Source of the DNA: Cycas panzhihuaensis
Taxonomy: Eukaryota; Plantae; Cycadophyta
Direction: 5' to 3'
NCBI GenBank assembly: GCA_023213395.1
Contig: CM041465.1
Location: 57,233,741-57,297,740, forward strand
Length of the DNA stretch: 64,000 nt
The notes below the pieces were generated by a model, which searched no databases, was not told where the DNA came from, and saw only the letters and a list, made by a program, of their open reading frames with translations. The position numbers and the translations under genes are program-made. Every line of letters begins with the position of its first letter. Positions within the stretch are counted from its first letter, which is position 1. Of the stretch, positions 27,294-38,294 are shown piece after piece.

Positions 27294-29350
27294 TGATAGT
27301 CTTATAAACTTTCCAAACAAAAGTACACCACTGTGGTCTCCTCTGGCTTAGGCACACTCACTGAGGGAACTCCGAATAACGACTATGCACACTCTGGGCG
27401 GCTCACCAATTGTTTGCCCCTCAACAACAAGTCTCAAATCGTCCTCAAAAGTATAAAAATGCCTTAAAAAAATTCTTCAAAAAACTTCAATATGCTTCAC
27501 ACTCTGTAATATATCTCATATCAATGGTAAAGGGTCCTTTTTATAATGTGAAATTATAAAAGGAATATACCAAAAGGTATATTCAAGGGTTATGACCTTT
27601 TATTAAGTCCTGCGCCTATTCACTTAATGCACGTGTAAATAACATAATGAACGTAGCGATTCTTTCACCAAAATGATATAAAAATGGAGCAAAACGTAGC
27701 CAATCTAGAGATAACAAAACTTAAATAGCAATTTCCTTGTATGAAAATATCCAAATCAAATGTATATCAAGTATAAATCAAGTACAACTACTAAAATTGA
27801 GACCAAATTGTGGTCAAAGTACAAATAGATGATCGAAAAAGTACCAATACGCCTGTAAAGTTCATCGATCCCTTCGAGGTGGGGATCCTCCTCACAAAAT
27901 GCAACTCTAAGGCCGAAATTCTGCACTTGCCAAAGGCCAAAATTGGAGAGGAAAACGTGCACACAATGATGATCAAATGACCCCCCAAGGGTCCCTATTT
28001 ATAGGCGCACCAACTAGGATAATAGAAGTCGGCTAGAGAGATCAAAGATGCGCCTAAAATTGTAATTCGAAGTCGGCCACAGCCTTGTATAGGAGTTGGC
28101 TAGACTTAAGACATGGTCGGTTCAAGACCCCCCCCCCCGGCTTGAAACTATGCTTTGGCCTCAAAGCACTAGTAGGTTTGGAAATTGTTTTAACCATTCG
28201 TCTTTCTACCATGTGGCATCTTCAATGTCCAAGTCCTTCATTTGATTAGTTGTTCTTTGATTTGTCTGGTCCTAAGCACTTGGGTGTGGGTTTGTAAGAT
28301 TCCTTCGAGTTCCAATGTCATCTTTCCCTCTTCGTTAAGCTCTGGCATGTTGGATTGTGGAACTATCTTCTCACAAACTTTCTTTTTCAGATAGGAAACG
28401 TGGAAGATGCCGTGGATCTTTGCATCTTCTGGTAGTCTTAATTGGTATGCAATTTCACCTATCTTGGCGGTGATTTCATAGGGACCAAAATATTCGGGCG
28501 CGAGTTTTTTATTGCTTGTTCTCTGTAGTGAAGCATGTTTGTATGGCTAGAGCTGCAAGAAAACCAAGTCACCAACTTCAAATTTTCTTTCGGAACGTTT
28601 TTTATCAGACTATTGCTACATCCTGTTTTGTGCCATTGTTAGATTATCCTTTAACTTGGCGATGGTCTCTTCTGCTTGTTTCTGATGTTCTTCCACTAAT
28701 TGGACTTTTGATGGTCAGTTCCAGGTTAGTAGCGAGGGTGGTTGATACCCGTATAAAGCTTGGAAGGGTGTCATCTTTGCTGCAGAATGATAGGTCTTGT
28801 TGTACCACCATTCTACTAAGTGTAGCCAATGGTGCCAGTGTTTTTGTTGGTCTGAACAGAAGTTTCGTAAGTATCCTTCTAAGCACTTATTGACGATTTC
28901 TGTTTGCCCGTTGATTTGCGGGTGGTAAGTTGTGCTCATCTTCAATTTCGTGCCTGCGACTTTGAAGAGATCCTGCCAAAATTTGCTAGTAAATTGTGGG
29001 TCACAATCACTTATGATTGCTTTTGGAAACTCATGTAAACGGTGGATCTCCTTCATGTATAGATCTGCAATGTCGTTGGCCTTAGTTGTTGATTTCAAAC
29101 CTCTGAAGTGGCCATATTTTGTAAGGCGATCCACTATGACCATAATTGCATCTTTTCCTTCTGAGCCAGGTAGCCCTGTTATGAAGTCCATGGAGATTTC
29201 ATCCCATTTCTGCTCTAGAATTGGCAATGGTTGGAGTAATCCAGGTGTTCTTATGCATTCGATCTTGTTTGTTTGGTAGGTATCCCACTTTGCCACAAAT
29301 TTCTGAGCGTCTGTTTTTAGGCCCTTCTAATAAAAAGAGGCTCTTATCTT
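27294..29350 (-). mobile_element. Chromoviral gypsy 3' part: integrase, chromodomain, G-run PPT (28128-28138), probable 3' LTR about 27294-28113
   Basis: LLQPLPI..ISMDFITGLP..VDRLTKY..YHPQINGQTE; GPYEI..FHVS; IK..EDATW; cut at 29350 by the C3 LTR. Confidence 0.8.
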
Positions 29351-31460
29351 TGTGAAAATGGCCAAATGGCCTTACAATCCCAAGATCTAGAAGCTATGTT
29401 CACTCTAGTTCTAGAAAGCAAATAAACTAGACTAAGAATGAAGCTATGAGACCAAACATGAGCAAGATCAAGCATGAAGAGAAAGAGCAAAATAATACCA
29501 AAGATGAGGAGTTGGAATTGGTCCAACCTCCAAATGAATAGTAGTTTGATTAACAAACTAGCAGCATAACAATGAAGCTCCAACTCTTTATGAGAGCAAT
29601 GAGGAGAGGTCTCAATACATAGAGTGAAAGGAGAGACCTAAGGTATTGGATGTTTGACAAGTGTTAAACATCCAATGTACATGCTTTGGATATAGGACAA
29701 GTGTCCTTTAGGGCTCTCAAGTGAGCAAAAGTGCATGGGGCTCCATTTGACCCTTTAATGACAATGCTGTGTCACTAGGAAAGAATGTGAGTGTGTGCTT
29801 TATCACTTAAGTGATAAGTCACTAAAGTACAAAAGAGTAAAAGTATAAAGGTACGATAGTACATGAATAATAAAGTACATAGGCTTAACATGTAAACATA
29901 AGGTTTAACACCCCCTTACTGTTTACAATGTTAAGTCGGACCCCTAAACCATCTCTAAATTTTACAAATTTTTCTCTACGAAGAGGCTTGGTAAAGATAT
30001 TTGCTGTCTACTCCTCTGTAGGCCTATACTGAAAGTTGATCTCACCACTTTGCACATGCTCTCTAATGAAGTGATGATGAACCTCAATATGTTTGGTCCT
30101 TGCATGAAATACAGGATTCTTGGCCAACTTAAGCACACTTTGATTGTCGCAATAAATCTTGGTGGGGTGATCGTGCTCAAGTCCAAGCTTTCCAAGAATC
30201 CGTTGTAGCCAGATAACTTCACAAGCTGTGCTGACTGCAGCTTTGTATTCTACTTCAGTGGAGGACAAGGCAACATTGGGTTGCTTCTTGCAACTCCATG
30301 AAACAACTGTTGAACCAAGGGTAAAGCAGTAACCCGAGGTTGACCTCTTGCTATCCTAGCAACCTGCCCAATCAGAATCTGAGAACCCTTCTAGAGTGAA
30401 GTTCTCATTATGTGCATACTCAAGGCCATGCTGCAATGTGCCTTTGATGTATTTGAGTATGTGTTTAGCTATATTCCAATGCTTTTGATTGGGTTGAGAC
30501 ATGTATCTAGAGCAAATCCCAACTGCAAATGAGATATCAGGATGAGTGTTGGTGAGATAATGAGACTCCCAATCAACTGCCAATAAAGAGTGGGATCTGC
30601 AGGTTCAACTTCCTCATTGAGAGCAAGCTTTGTGCTGTTCTCCATGGGTGTAGGCATTGGTTTGCAGTCGTGCATCCTGAACCACTGCAAAATGTCCCAA
30701 GAATATTTTGCTTGGGAGATGAAGATATAGCCTGGCTGTTGCTATACCTCAAGGCCTAAGAAATAATGGAGAAATCCAAGATCTGTCATTTCAAAACTCC
30801 TCTTCAAGTCATCCTGGAGAATCTGTATCATCTTAGTGTCATTGCCAGTGATCACTAAGTCATCTATGTACAAGACAATAAAAATGGCATGGTCTTTCCC
30901 AATTGTGATGTACAAGTTAAGATCGAAAGTAGATCGATGAAACCCATGTCTCAAGAAGTAATCATCAATCTTTGAGTACCATGCTCTTGAAGCTTGTTTC
31001 AGGCCATACAATGCCTTTTTTAGGTGACAAACTAAATGCTCCTTGCCTTGTACCTTGTAACTAGGAGGTTGCTGTTGACTTATAGATTCCACTCCCTTGT
31101 GGAATCAGTGCACTTGTCAAGGTTACACAGCGCTATAGTCTAGTTTTAGGACATCACAACATGGTTATACACATATATTCCACATATAATTCCATATATA
31201 ATTCACGAATGGTACACGCAAAGATGTAATTCAATACATACTTCAAGACATCATCAACACACATCAAGAATGCACCAATTTCCACATAACTCTTCTTTAT
31301 TAATTCAGCAGTTCATTTACATTGTGGGGAATGCGTTCTGAGCATTCCAAAGAAAGATACAGCCCGATCTCTGTTACATATGCGTGCCGGATGGTACTTA
31401 TCATGCACTCATGCTCCAATCGGCCATCATGCGATCATCTGCACCTTTGCGTACTCTTGA

Positions 31461-31640
31461 TCTCCGGCTCTCACCCTCCGAGAGTATGTCATGGAATTGA
31501 ATCACTCGGCTCTCACCCTTGAGAGTATACAATATGATTGAATCACTCGGCTCTCACCCTCGAGCACATGACATAGGAATGAATAACTCGGCTCTCACCC
31601 TTGAGAGTATACAATATGATTGAATCACTCGGCTCTCACA
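31461..31640. repeat. 5 x 41-bp tandem array with constant core (A)CTCGGCTCTCACCC in the G2 3' LTR
   Basis: Cores at about 31462, 31504, 31545, 31586, 31627; spacers after copies 2 and 4 are identical. Confidence 0.95.
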
Positions 31641-34600
31641 CTAGAATGGTCCTCAAAGCACCATTAAATATGTCCCTTTGATGCCTTTTGGGTGAAAGGT
31701 TATGACCCAAAGTCATAACCATACCTTTTTGTTACCAAGGTACCCTTTCACTTTAATCATTAGTTATACACTTAACTAATGTCTCTTTAGGTCCGTCACG
31801 TCCGGTAGCTTCCTGTGCCTCCACCGTCCTGCATCATACGTGCACTGCTTCCGCTCGGCTCGTTTCCGCTCTCGCACGTATCGTGATACGCACTGCCGTT
31901 CACGCACCGCCATAATGCACTGCACGCTGATTTCTTCATTGTTTCGCCTCGTATGCACTCCGTCTGATTCGTACTTGCATTCCTTTGGTCAATACAACTG
32001 TATTCCGCCTTCCTCAAGGCCTATGTGTCAAAATATGTCCCAACATCTATCCGGGTCAACATGATTGGGTTGAGCATCCTTGCTCAACAAAAATTCAAAA
32101 TTTGGGGTATTCCTCCCCTCTCTACATTCTAAGGTCGCTCTCCTGCGCCTCTGCTCCTTTCAGTCGCCATTCTGGTTAATAAATCCTCATCTATTGGTGC
32201 TTTGTTTTGTTTGACTCTCCCTTGATTTTCCGTATGATGATATATCTTTCCTCCATGCTTCACCATATTGCTTATGATATGAGTTACGGTTGTTTTCTGT
32301 TTTTAATTTTTGTATTTTATGTTACATACCGAATCGAATCACGTTAGGTATCAAGGCAATTCGATTTTGCCTCAACTTCATGCTGTCGATATGATACAAC
32401 CGGTGATCCTGGTAAGTTGCTCCACCCTAGTTGATATAGGGTTTCGGTTTACTACCCTTGACCATTTCGGTGCAATAAGCGGCACGAGTTTTTTCAACTC
32501 GATAGTGCCATTATGGTACACTTTCTCAATCCTGTATGGGCCTTTCCAATGCATCTTCCATTCTCCTTGGGTCGTTTGGGATTTGTTGTCGAATCGCCAT
32601 ACTCGATCACCCTTCTTGAAATATGATGTCTTGTCGTGGCGGTCGTGCCTTGTCCTTTTCCGCCTTTTCCTTGGTGTGGTATGCTTTGTCGATTTCTTCT
32701 TATGATCCCTTAATTGGTCTTCTCCTAACCAATGTTCTCTACAATGTCTCGAATGGGAAATTCCACATAGTGGTTCTCCATAAAAGGGCTTTACATAATT
32801 TCCAACATATTCTCCATGATTTCTATCTTCTGGAGTGGCAACTGTTTTGGTCACATTCCAAGAAAGTAGGTTACATCTATAGGATGAGGGGTTGACTTCA
32901 TAATTGTCCCGTAGCCAATAATCCACAAATCTCATCTCGTTTTCATCATCTGAAGAATTGTAAATTTCTCCAAAATAGGTCGGTTCTTCTTTACGGTAAC
33001 GAATTCGATGTTGTAGGCTTCTCCGCAGTATGATAGAGGTTTTCTTTGTCACATGAAGAAGTTGTTGCTTCCCTTACAACGGTTGTACTTGATCCATTGT
33101 CAGGTATCACTTCAATGGAATTCTTCCCCAACATTGGTAATACTACTTTATTTCCTTCATCGACAAGGTGAAGGTTACATCTTTCAACTCTGGAGACATT
33201 GGGTTTTGTATAGCCATGGTCTCCCCAATAAAGCTGGATAGGGTATTGCACCTTTCTCCGTTTCCACAATCGTAAAATCGATCTTTACGACAATTCCTGC
33301 CACATCCACCTTGATGTTGGTCAGTTTTCCCATGGGTCGTACTAGTAGTTCATTAGCCAACTTCAGCGAATAAGTCGCTGCTTCCAACCGTGCGCTTCCC
33401 AACTTCCGCCATGTCGAGGTGGGCGGTACATTCACAAATGCTCCCCATCAACGATCACTCTAAACTTTTCTCCCAAAACTGACATGGTTACCATCGGATC
33501 CATGTCGAATGATGGTATGATTTGCTTCCAACTCTTGGTAATTCCTTTTTGCAACACACCTCCTTTAATCCAGTCAATAACCTGGGACAGGGGGATAGTC
33601 AACTGTAACTGTTTCGCCAAATTCTCCATTAATAACAACATTCTGGGAATGTCTTCTTCTGGTAATCCTTTAAACAATTCTTCCATTTGCACCATTTGGG
33701 GTTTTACCGTTGATTCTTCTAGTAGTTTCTCTGGCTCTTTTTGTTTGTTTTTCCGAACGTAAACATTTTTTGTTTCCGGTTTACCCATTGGTAGTATATT
33801 TTCTTCCCGGACTAAACCATCCAACACTTGTTTTGCTTTTTTGTACCGATCCAATTCAGTTGGGGGGTGTGGATATTCTTCATCCACTTTCTCTTTCTGT
33901 TTATTCTGCAATTTCACATTTTTCGTTTCCGGCACGATCGTCATTAAGTTCGTTGCTTTGGCTTTACCCTTGCAATCTTCTGTTTTGTGGTCACTTGGGC
34001 CACGATTTACCACTATCTGACGGTTTTTGTTCGTATTCTAGCTTCATCGGGCATTCAGACTTCAAAGGTGCGAATCAGAGGCAAATGAGGCATCTTCCCA
34101 TTTGTTTCTTTCTTGAGGGCTCTGCACCCTCGTTGTATACACATTGCGAGGTGGGTTGCCTCTTCCCGACCTCGACCTCGAATGATTTTCCTTTGGAATT
34201 GTAGAAACAATCCCTAGTTGTGTGGGTATCTACCTCACATATGTGGCACCACTTCTCATTGGTGCCACATTGTTTTTAAGTTCAATTCACATTCCGGGTG
34301 GTATGTGAGTTTTCTTCACAAATATGGCACCACTTGGTCACCCTTCCAGCAGTGCTCTTTCTTCTTGGTGTCTCTTCTTCTTCCCGATTATTTCGATTTT
34401 CAATCGGGCTACTTCTTTCCTCGGTGCCTCTAATTGAGACTCCTCTTACGCTACTCCAACTTTGGCGGAAGGGTCGATTATCTTGATTCTCTCGACTCTC
34501 TAATCTCATCTTGCAATCTTAGCGACAAGGGATCTTGTCCCCTCCTCAAGGCGTCCATTTCCATCTCGAAATCCAATGCCAACTCCCGAGCATTCTTGAA

Positions 34601-35793
34601 TGATTTCACGGATGAGCATGCATCATGGCTCGCAACTTCTCATTTAGCCCTCGGCGAAGTAATTCTTCATGTTATGATCCGTAATTGTCTCATTGATCAT
34701 ACTTGCCGCAATAATCTTCATTCTACTAATGTAAGTTAGGACGGATTCCTTCGGCCTCTGCACGATTTCGCAATGCGATTTCCACAGCTTCATTACTGCG
34801 AAACTTTTGGAATCTCTCTTCGAACGCTTTCTTCATCTTTGCCCATGGCTCATTTTTTCGTTTCCTTATACCAAGCCAAGGGTACACCTCTCAATGTACA
34901 AAGCGTGCGTGCTTTAATCTCATCTTCGTCTGTTATTTTTCTAACATCAATGAGATTCAAACAAATACACATGCTCTGCTGCGTCAAGTATCATTGAAGA
35001 TTAATTTCGAAATCTCTATGGTCGTCCATCTTGGGAGATTGCAACCGTTCCCCCCCTGATGGTGATCTTTCCCCTCCTCCGTCCTTTGGGGATGTCTTGG
35101 GAGTGACTATGCTGCCGTATCCTTTCCAAACAACGGATTTTTGAACGGAGTTTTAATATGTATAGGTTGTACTACACCTGGTACTTGTATTGTTAATGGT
35201 GTTACCGTAATGTAAGATTGATCGTAACCCTTTTCGCCGAATCTTCAAATAGTCCTCGTTAGCTTGTTTTCCCAATATGCCGAGGACCTTCCTCCGCCTT
35301 CTTATCACTTGTCACCTAGGTCCTTGGGCTGTCCTCATTGGTATACTTCCCTCTGTTAAGATTTCCTTATGTTTTCATCCACTTTAGGCTTCCTTCCAAT
35401 TGGGCTAAACAAATCATCTCTGATAGGGGTTGGTGTCAATACCATGCGTTCGCCATGGGTTTCTTCTTCCCGAGGTGTCTGGGCTCCACTTGCCTCGGAT
35501 CCTTCAACTGACCGTCCCTTAGTCTCGTTGTTTTGCGAACTTAGTCTCCTCGCCCTTCCGAGTTTTGCCTCTTTTGACCATCTTAGTGCCCTTTGCCTTG
35601 GTTTCTTTTTCCTTAGGTGAAGTATCCTTTTGGGGCTCTTCCACCTTGAAGGCCTCTTAGGTGGCATTGGAAGGTCCCACAGGCGCCTGTGGCTTAGTTA
35701 CTGACCGCCATCACGGCGGCCCTGTGGTCCTCGCGCCTTTACACATTCTTTTTCTTTGAAACCCCTAGGCCCTGTCCCTCCTCAATGGACGTA

Positions 35794-35806
35794 GGCAGCG
35801 GAACCA
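35794..35806 (-). promoter_or_regulatory. G2 primer-binding site, tRNA-Glu type
   Basis: Plus strand GGCAGCGGAACCA next to the LTR, versus recalled plant tRNA-Glu 3' end GGCAACGGAACCA. Confidence 0.75.
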
Positions 35807-36186
35807 ATGTTGACTTATAGATTCCACTCCTTGTGGAATCGGTGCACTTGTCAAGGTTACAGTAGCTATAGTCTAGTTTTAGGACACATCAACATGGTTA
35901 TACACATATATTCCACATATAATTCCATATATAATTCACGAGAATGGTACCAGCGATGCAATTCAATACATACTTGACACATCATCAACACACATCAAGA
36001 ATGCACCAATTTCCACATAACTCTTCTTTTATTAATTCAGCAGTTCATTTACGAAGTGGAATGCGTTCTGAGCATTCCAAGAGCATCTGATCCTCATTAC
36101 ATATGCGTGCCAGATGGTACTTATCATGCACTCATGCTCCAATCGGGCATCATGCGTCATCATACGCACCTTTGCGTACTCTTGAT

Positions 36187-36362
36187 CTCGGCTCTCACCC
36201 TCAGAGTATGTCATGGAATTGAATCACTCGGCTCTCACCCTTGAGAGTATACAATATGATTGAATCACTCGGCTCTCACCCTCGAGCACATGACATAGGA
36301 ATGAATAACTCGGCTCTCACCCTTGAGAGTATACAATATGATTGAATCACTCGGCTCTCACA
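36187..36362. repeat. Same 5 x 41-bp array in the G2 5' LTR
   Basis: Near-identical to 31461-31640. Confidence 0.95.
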
Positions 36363-38294
36363 CTGGAATGGTCCTCAAAGCACCATTAAATATGTCCCTT
36401 TGATGCCTTTTGGGTGAAAGGTTATGACCCAAAGTCATAACCATACCTTTTTGTTACCAAGGTACCCTTTCACTTTAATCATTAGTTATACACTTAACTA
36501 ATGTCTCTTTAGGTCCGTCACGTCGTCGGTAGCTTCCTGGCCTCCACCGGTCCCGTCTTGTCATACGTGCTCGTTTCCGTTCGTTACATTCCGCTCTGAT
36601 ACGTACCGTGATACGCACCCGTTCACGCACTTTGTCATACGTACCCAGAATGTTGATTTCTTCACTGTTTCGCCTCGTGCGTACCTCCGTACGGTTCGTA
36701 CTTGCATTCCTTTGGTCAATACAACCTGTATTCCGTCTTCCTCAAGGCCTATGTGTCAAAATATGTCCCAACAGTTGCTCCAAGTATACCTCATCTTGAA
36801 GATCGCCATTGAGAAAGGTGCTCTTAACGTCCATTTGAAAAACCAGCCAATTGCATTGAGCTGCTAAGGCCAAGATGAGTCTGATGGTGTTCATGTTAGC
36901 CACCGGTGCAAAAGTCGCCTCATAATCTATGCCTTCTTTTTGTTTGAACCTTTTTGCAACAAGGCGGGCCTTCTGGTGCTTAAGTGTACCATTGGAATGG
37001 AATTTGGTCTTGTAGACCCATTTGCAGCTGATTGCCTGTTTATGTTTAGGCAATTCGACCAAATCCCAAGTTCCATTCTTTTCAATAGAATGGATTTCTT
37101 CATCCATGGCAGCCTTCCAATGTTCATCTTTAGAAGCCTCCTCAAAGGTGGAAGGCTCATCAACACATAGCACTTCAGCCATAAGTGCGAAATTGGTTTA
37201 CTGCCTATATCTTGATGGACATTTTCCTTCAATAATCTAGTCATCCTGCATTGTTTGAGTATACCATTTGGGTAACTTTTTGATTGATGTGACTTGAACC
37301 TCAAGATCTTCTGGTCTAAGTGGTTGATCAATAGAAGACGTGCTAGGATCAAGTGGAGCTGATGATGTGGATGGTCCAGCAAGTGCAGATGATGTACATG
37401 GAGTTGAAGATTGAGAGGGAAGGAAGGTCTCAACAATCTGTTTGCCTTTGTCAATGGGGGGTTGGATGGATGCTGTATCCAACTCCTGATCATCTTCTTC
37501 AGCAAAGATTACATCTCTTGAGAGATGCATTTTCTTTCCAATGGGATTGTACAACTTGTAGGCTTAGCTATCAATGGCATAACCTACAAAGATGCACTTT
37601 AGACTATGCTTGTCTAATTTAGTTCTTTGCTAATCGGGGATGTGCATATAAGCGGTGCACCCAAAAGTCCTCAAATGGCTGACAGTTGGCTTTTTGCTAG
37701 ACCATGCCTCCTCTAGTGTGATGTTGGTGACTGTTGTTGTTGGATTCCAATTTGCCACATAGGCAGCTGTGTGGAATGCCTCTGCCCAGTAAGCTCGAGT
37801 AAGTCCCTTGGCATGCATCATTGCTTTGGCCTTGTTAGCCAAAGTTCTATTCATTCTTTCAGAGACTCCATTTTGTTGAGAAGTGTGAGGAATAGTAAGT
37901 TGTCTCTGAATGCCATTGTCCTTGCAGAATTGGGTGAATTCGTCTGAAGTGAATTCGCCTCCATTGTCTGTCCTTAGTGTTTTGATGGATTGGCCAAACT
38001 CGTTCTCCACTTCAAGCTTGAATTCCTTAAACTTTTGAAATACTTCGGACTTACGTTTGAGGAAGTAAACCCAAACTTTATGGGAGAAATCATCGATGAA
38101 GGAGATGTAGTACAAAGCTCCTCCAAAGGAAGCGGTGGACATAGGTCCACACAAATCTGAGTGTACTAACTACAAAGGATATGATGCACTCCAAGCTTTG
38201 CCTTTAGGGAAAGGCAAGCGATGTTGTGTCCCCATTATGCATGCTTCACAAAGACATTTCATGCCATATATCTTGGGAAGCCCATGTCTAGGCC

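Larger units (their letters stand above)
31073..36773 (-). mobile_element. G2: structurally complete non-autonomous gypsy (two LTRs, tRNA-Glu PBS, gag, protease, integrase C-terminal GPY/F only), TSD GTTGC
   Basis: LTRs 31073-32045 and 35808-36773 with TG..CA ends; gttgc at 31068-31072 and 36774-36778; CCHC knuckles; VIVDG..LLGRPWL; WKGPYRI; no RT, RNase H or integrase-core motifs. Confidence 0.93.
29351..38293 (-). mobile_element. Copia C3: 3' LTR 29351-29910, PPT, RNase H/RT/INT; RT split by G2; 5' part lost at about 38293
   Basis: aaggtttaaca|cccccttac; SSTEVEY..CDNQS..RTKHI; RT reads DEVYLEQ-[G2]-PPSYKV; MCGPM..FIDDFS..QQNGVSERMN. Confidence 0.9.

Noticed and set aside
27286-27300. ataccaaatga as PBS and 5' LTR of copia C4
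   Set aside because: Only 6 nt match a Met PBS and the adjacent sequence does not match the C4 3' LTR; it fits the neighbouring gypsy LTR better
31461-31640. Repeat-spacer pattern resembling a CRISPR array
   Set aside because: Spacers are mutually homologous (two identical), the array is inside both LTRs of a plant retrotransposon, and there are no cas genes
31688-31751. Extra GTGAAAG/CTTTCAC heptamers in the G2 LTR
   Set aside because: Not in a 7-nt loop context, one is on the opposite strand, and isolated heptamers can arise by chance
36187-36362. tRNA-Glu genes or a tRNA-derived SINE
   Set aside because: Only the anticodon arm matches; no acceptor stem, D arm, T arm or A/B boxes
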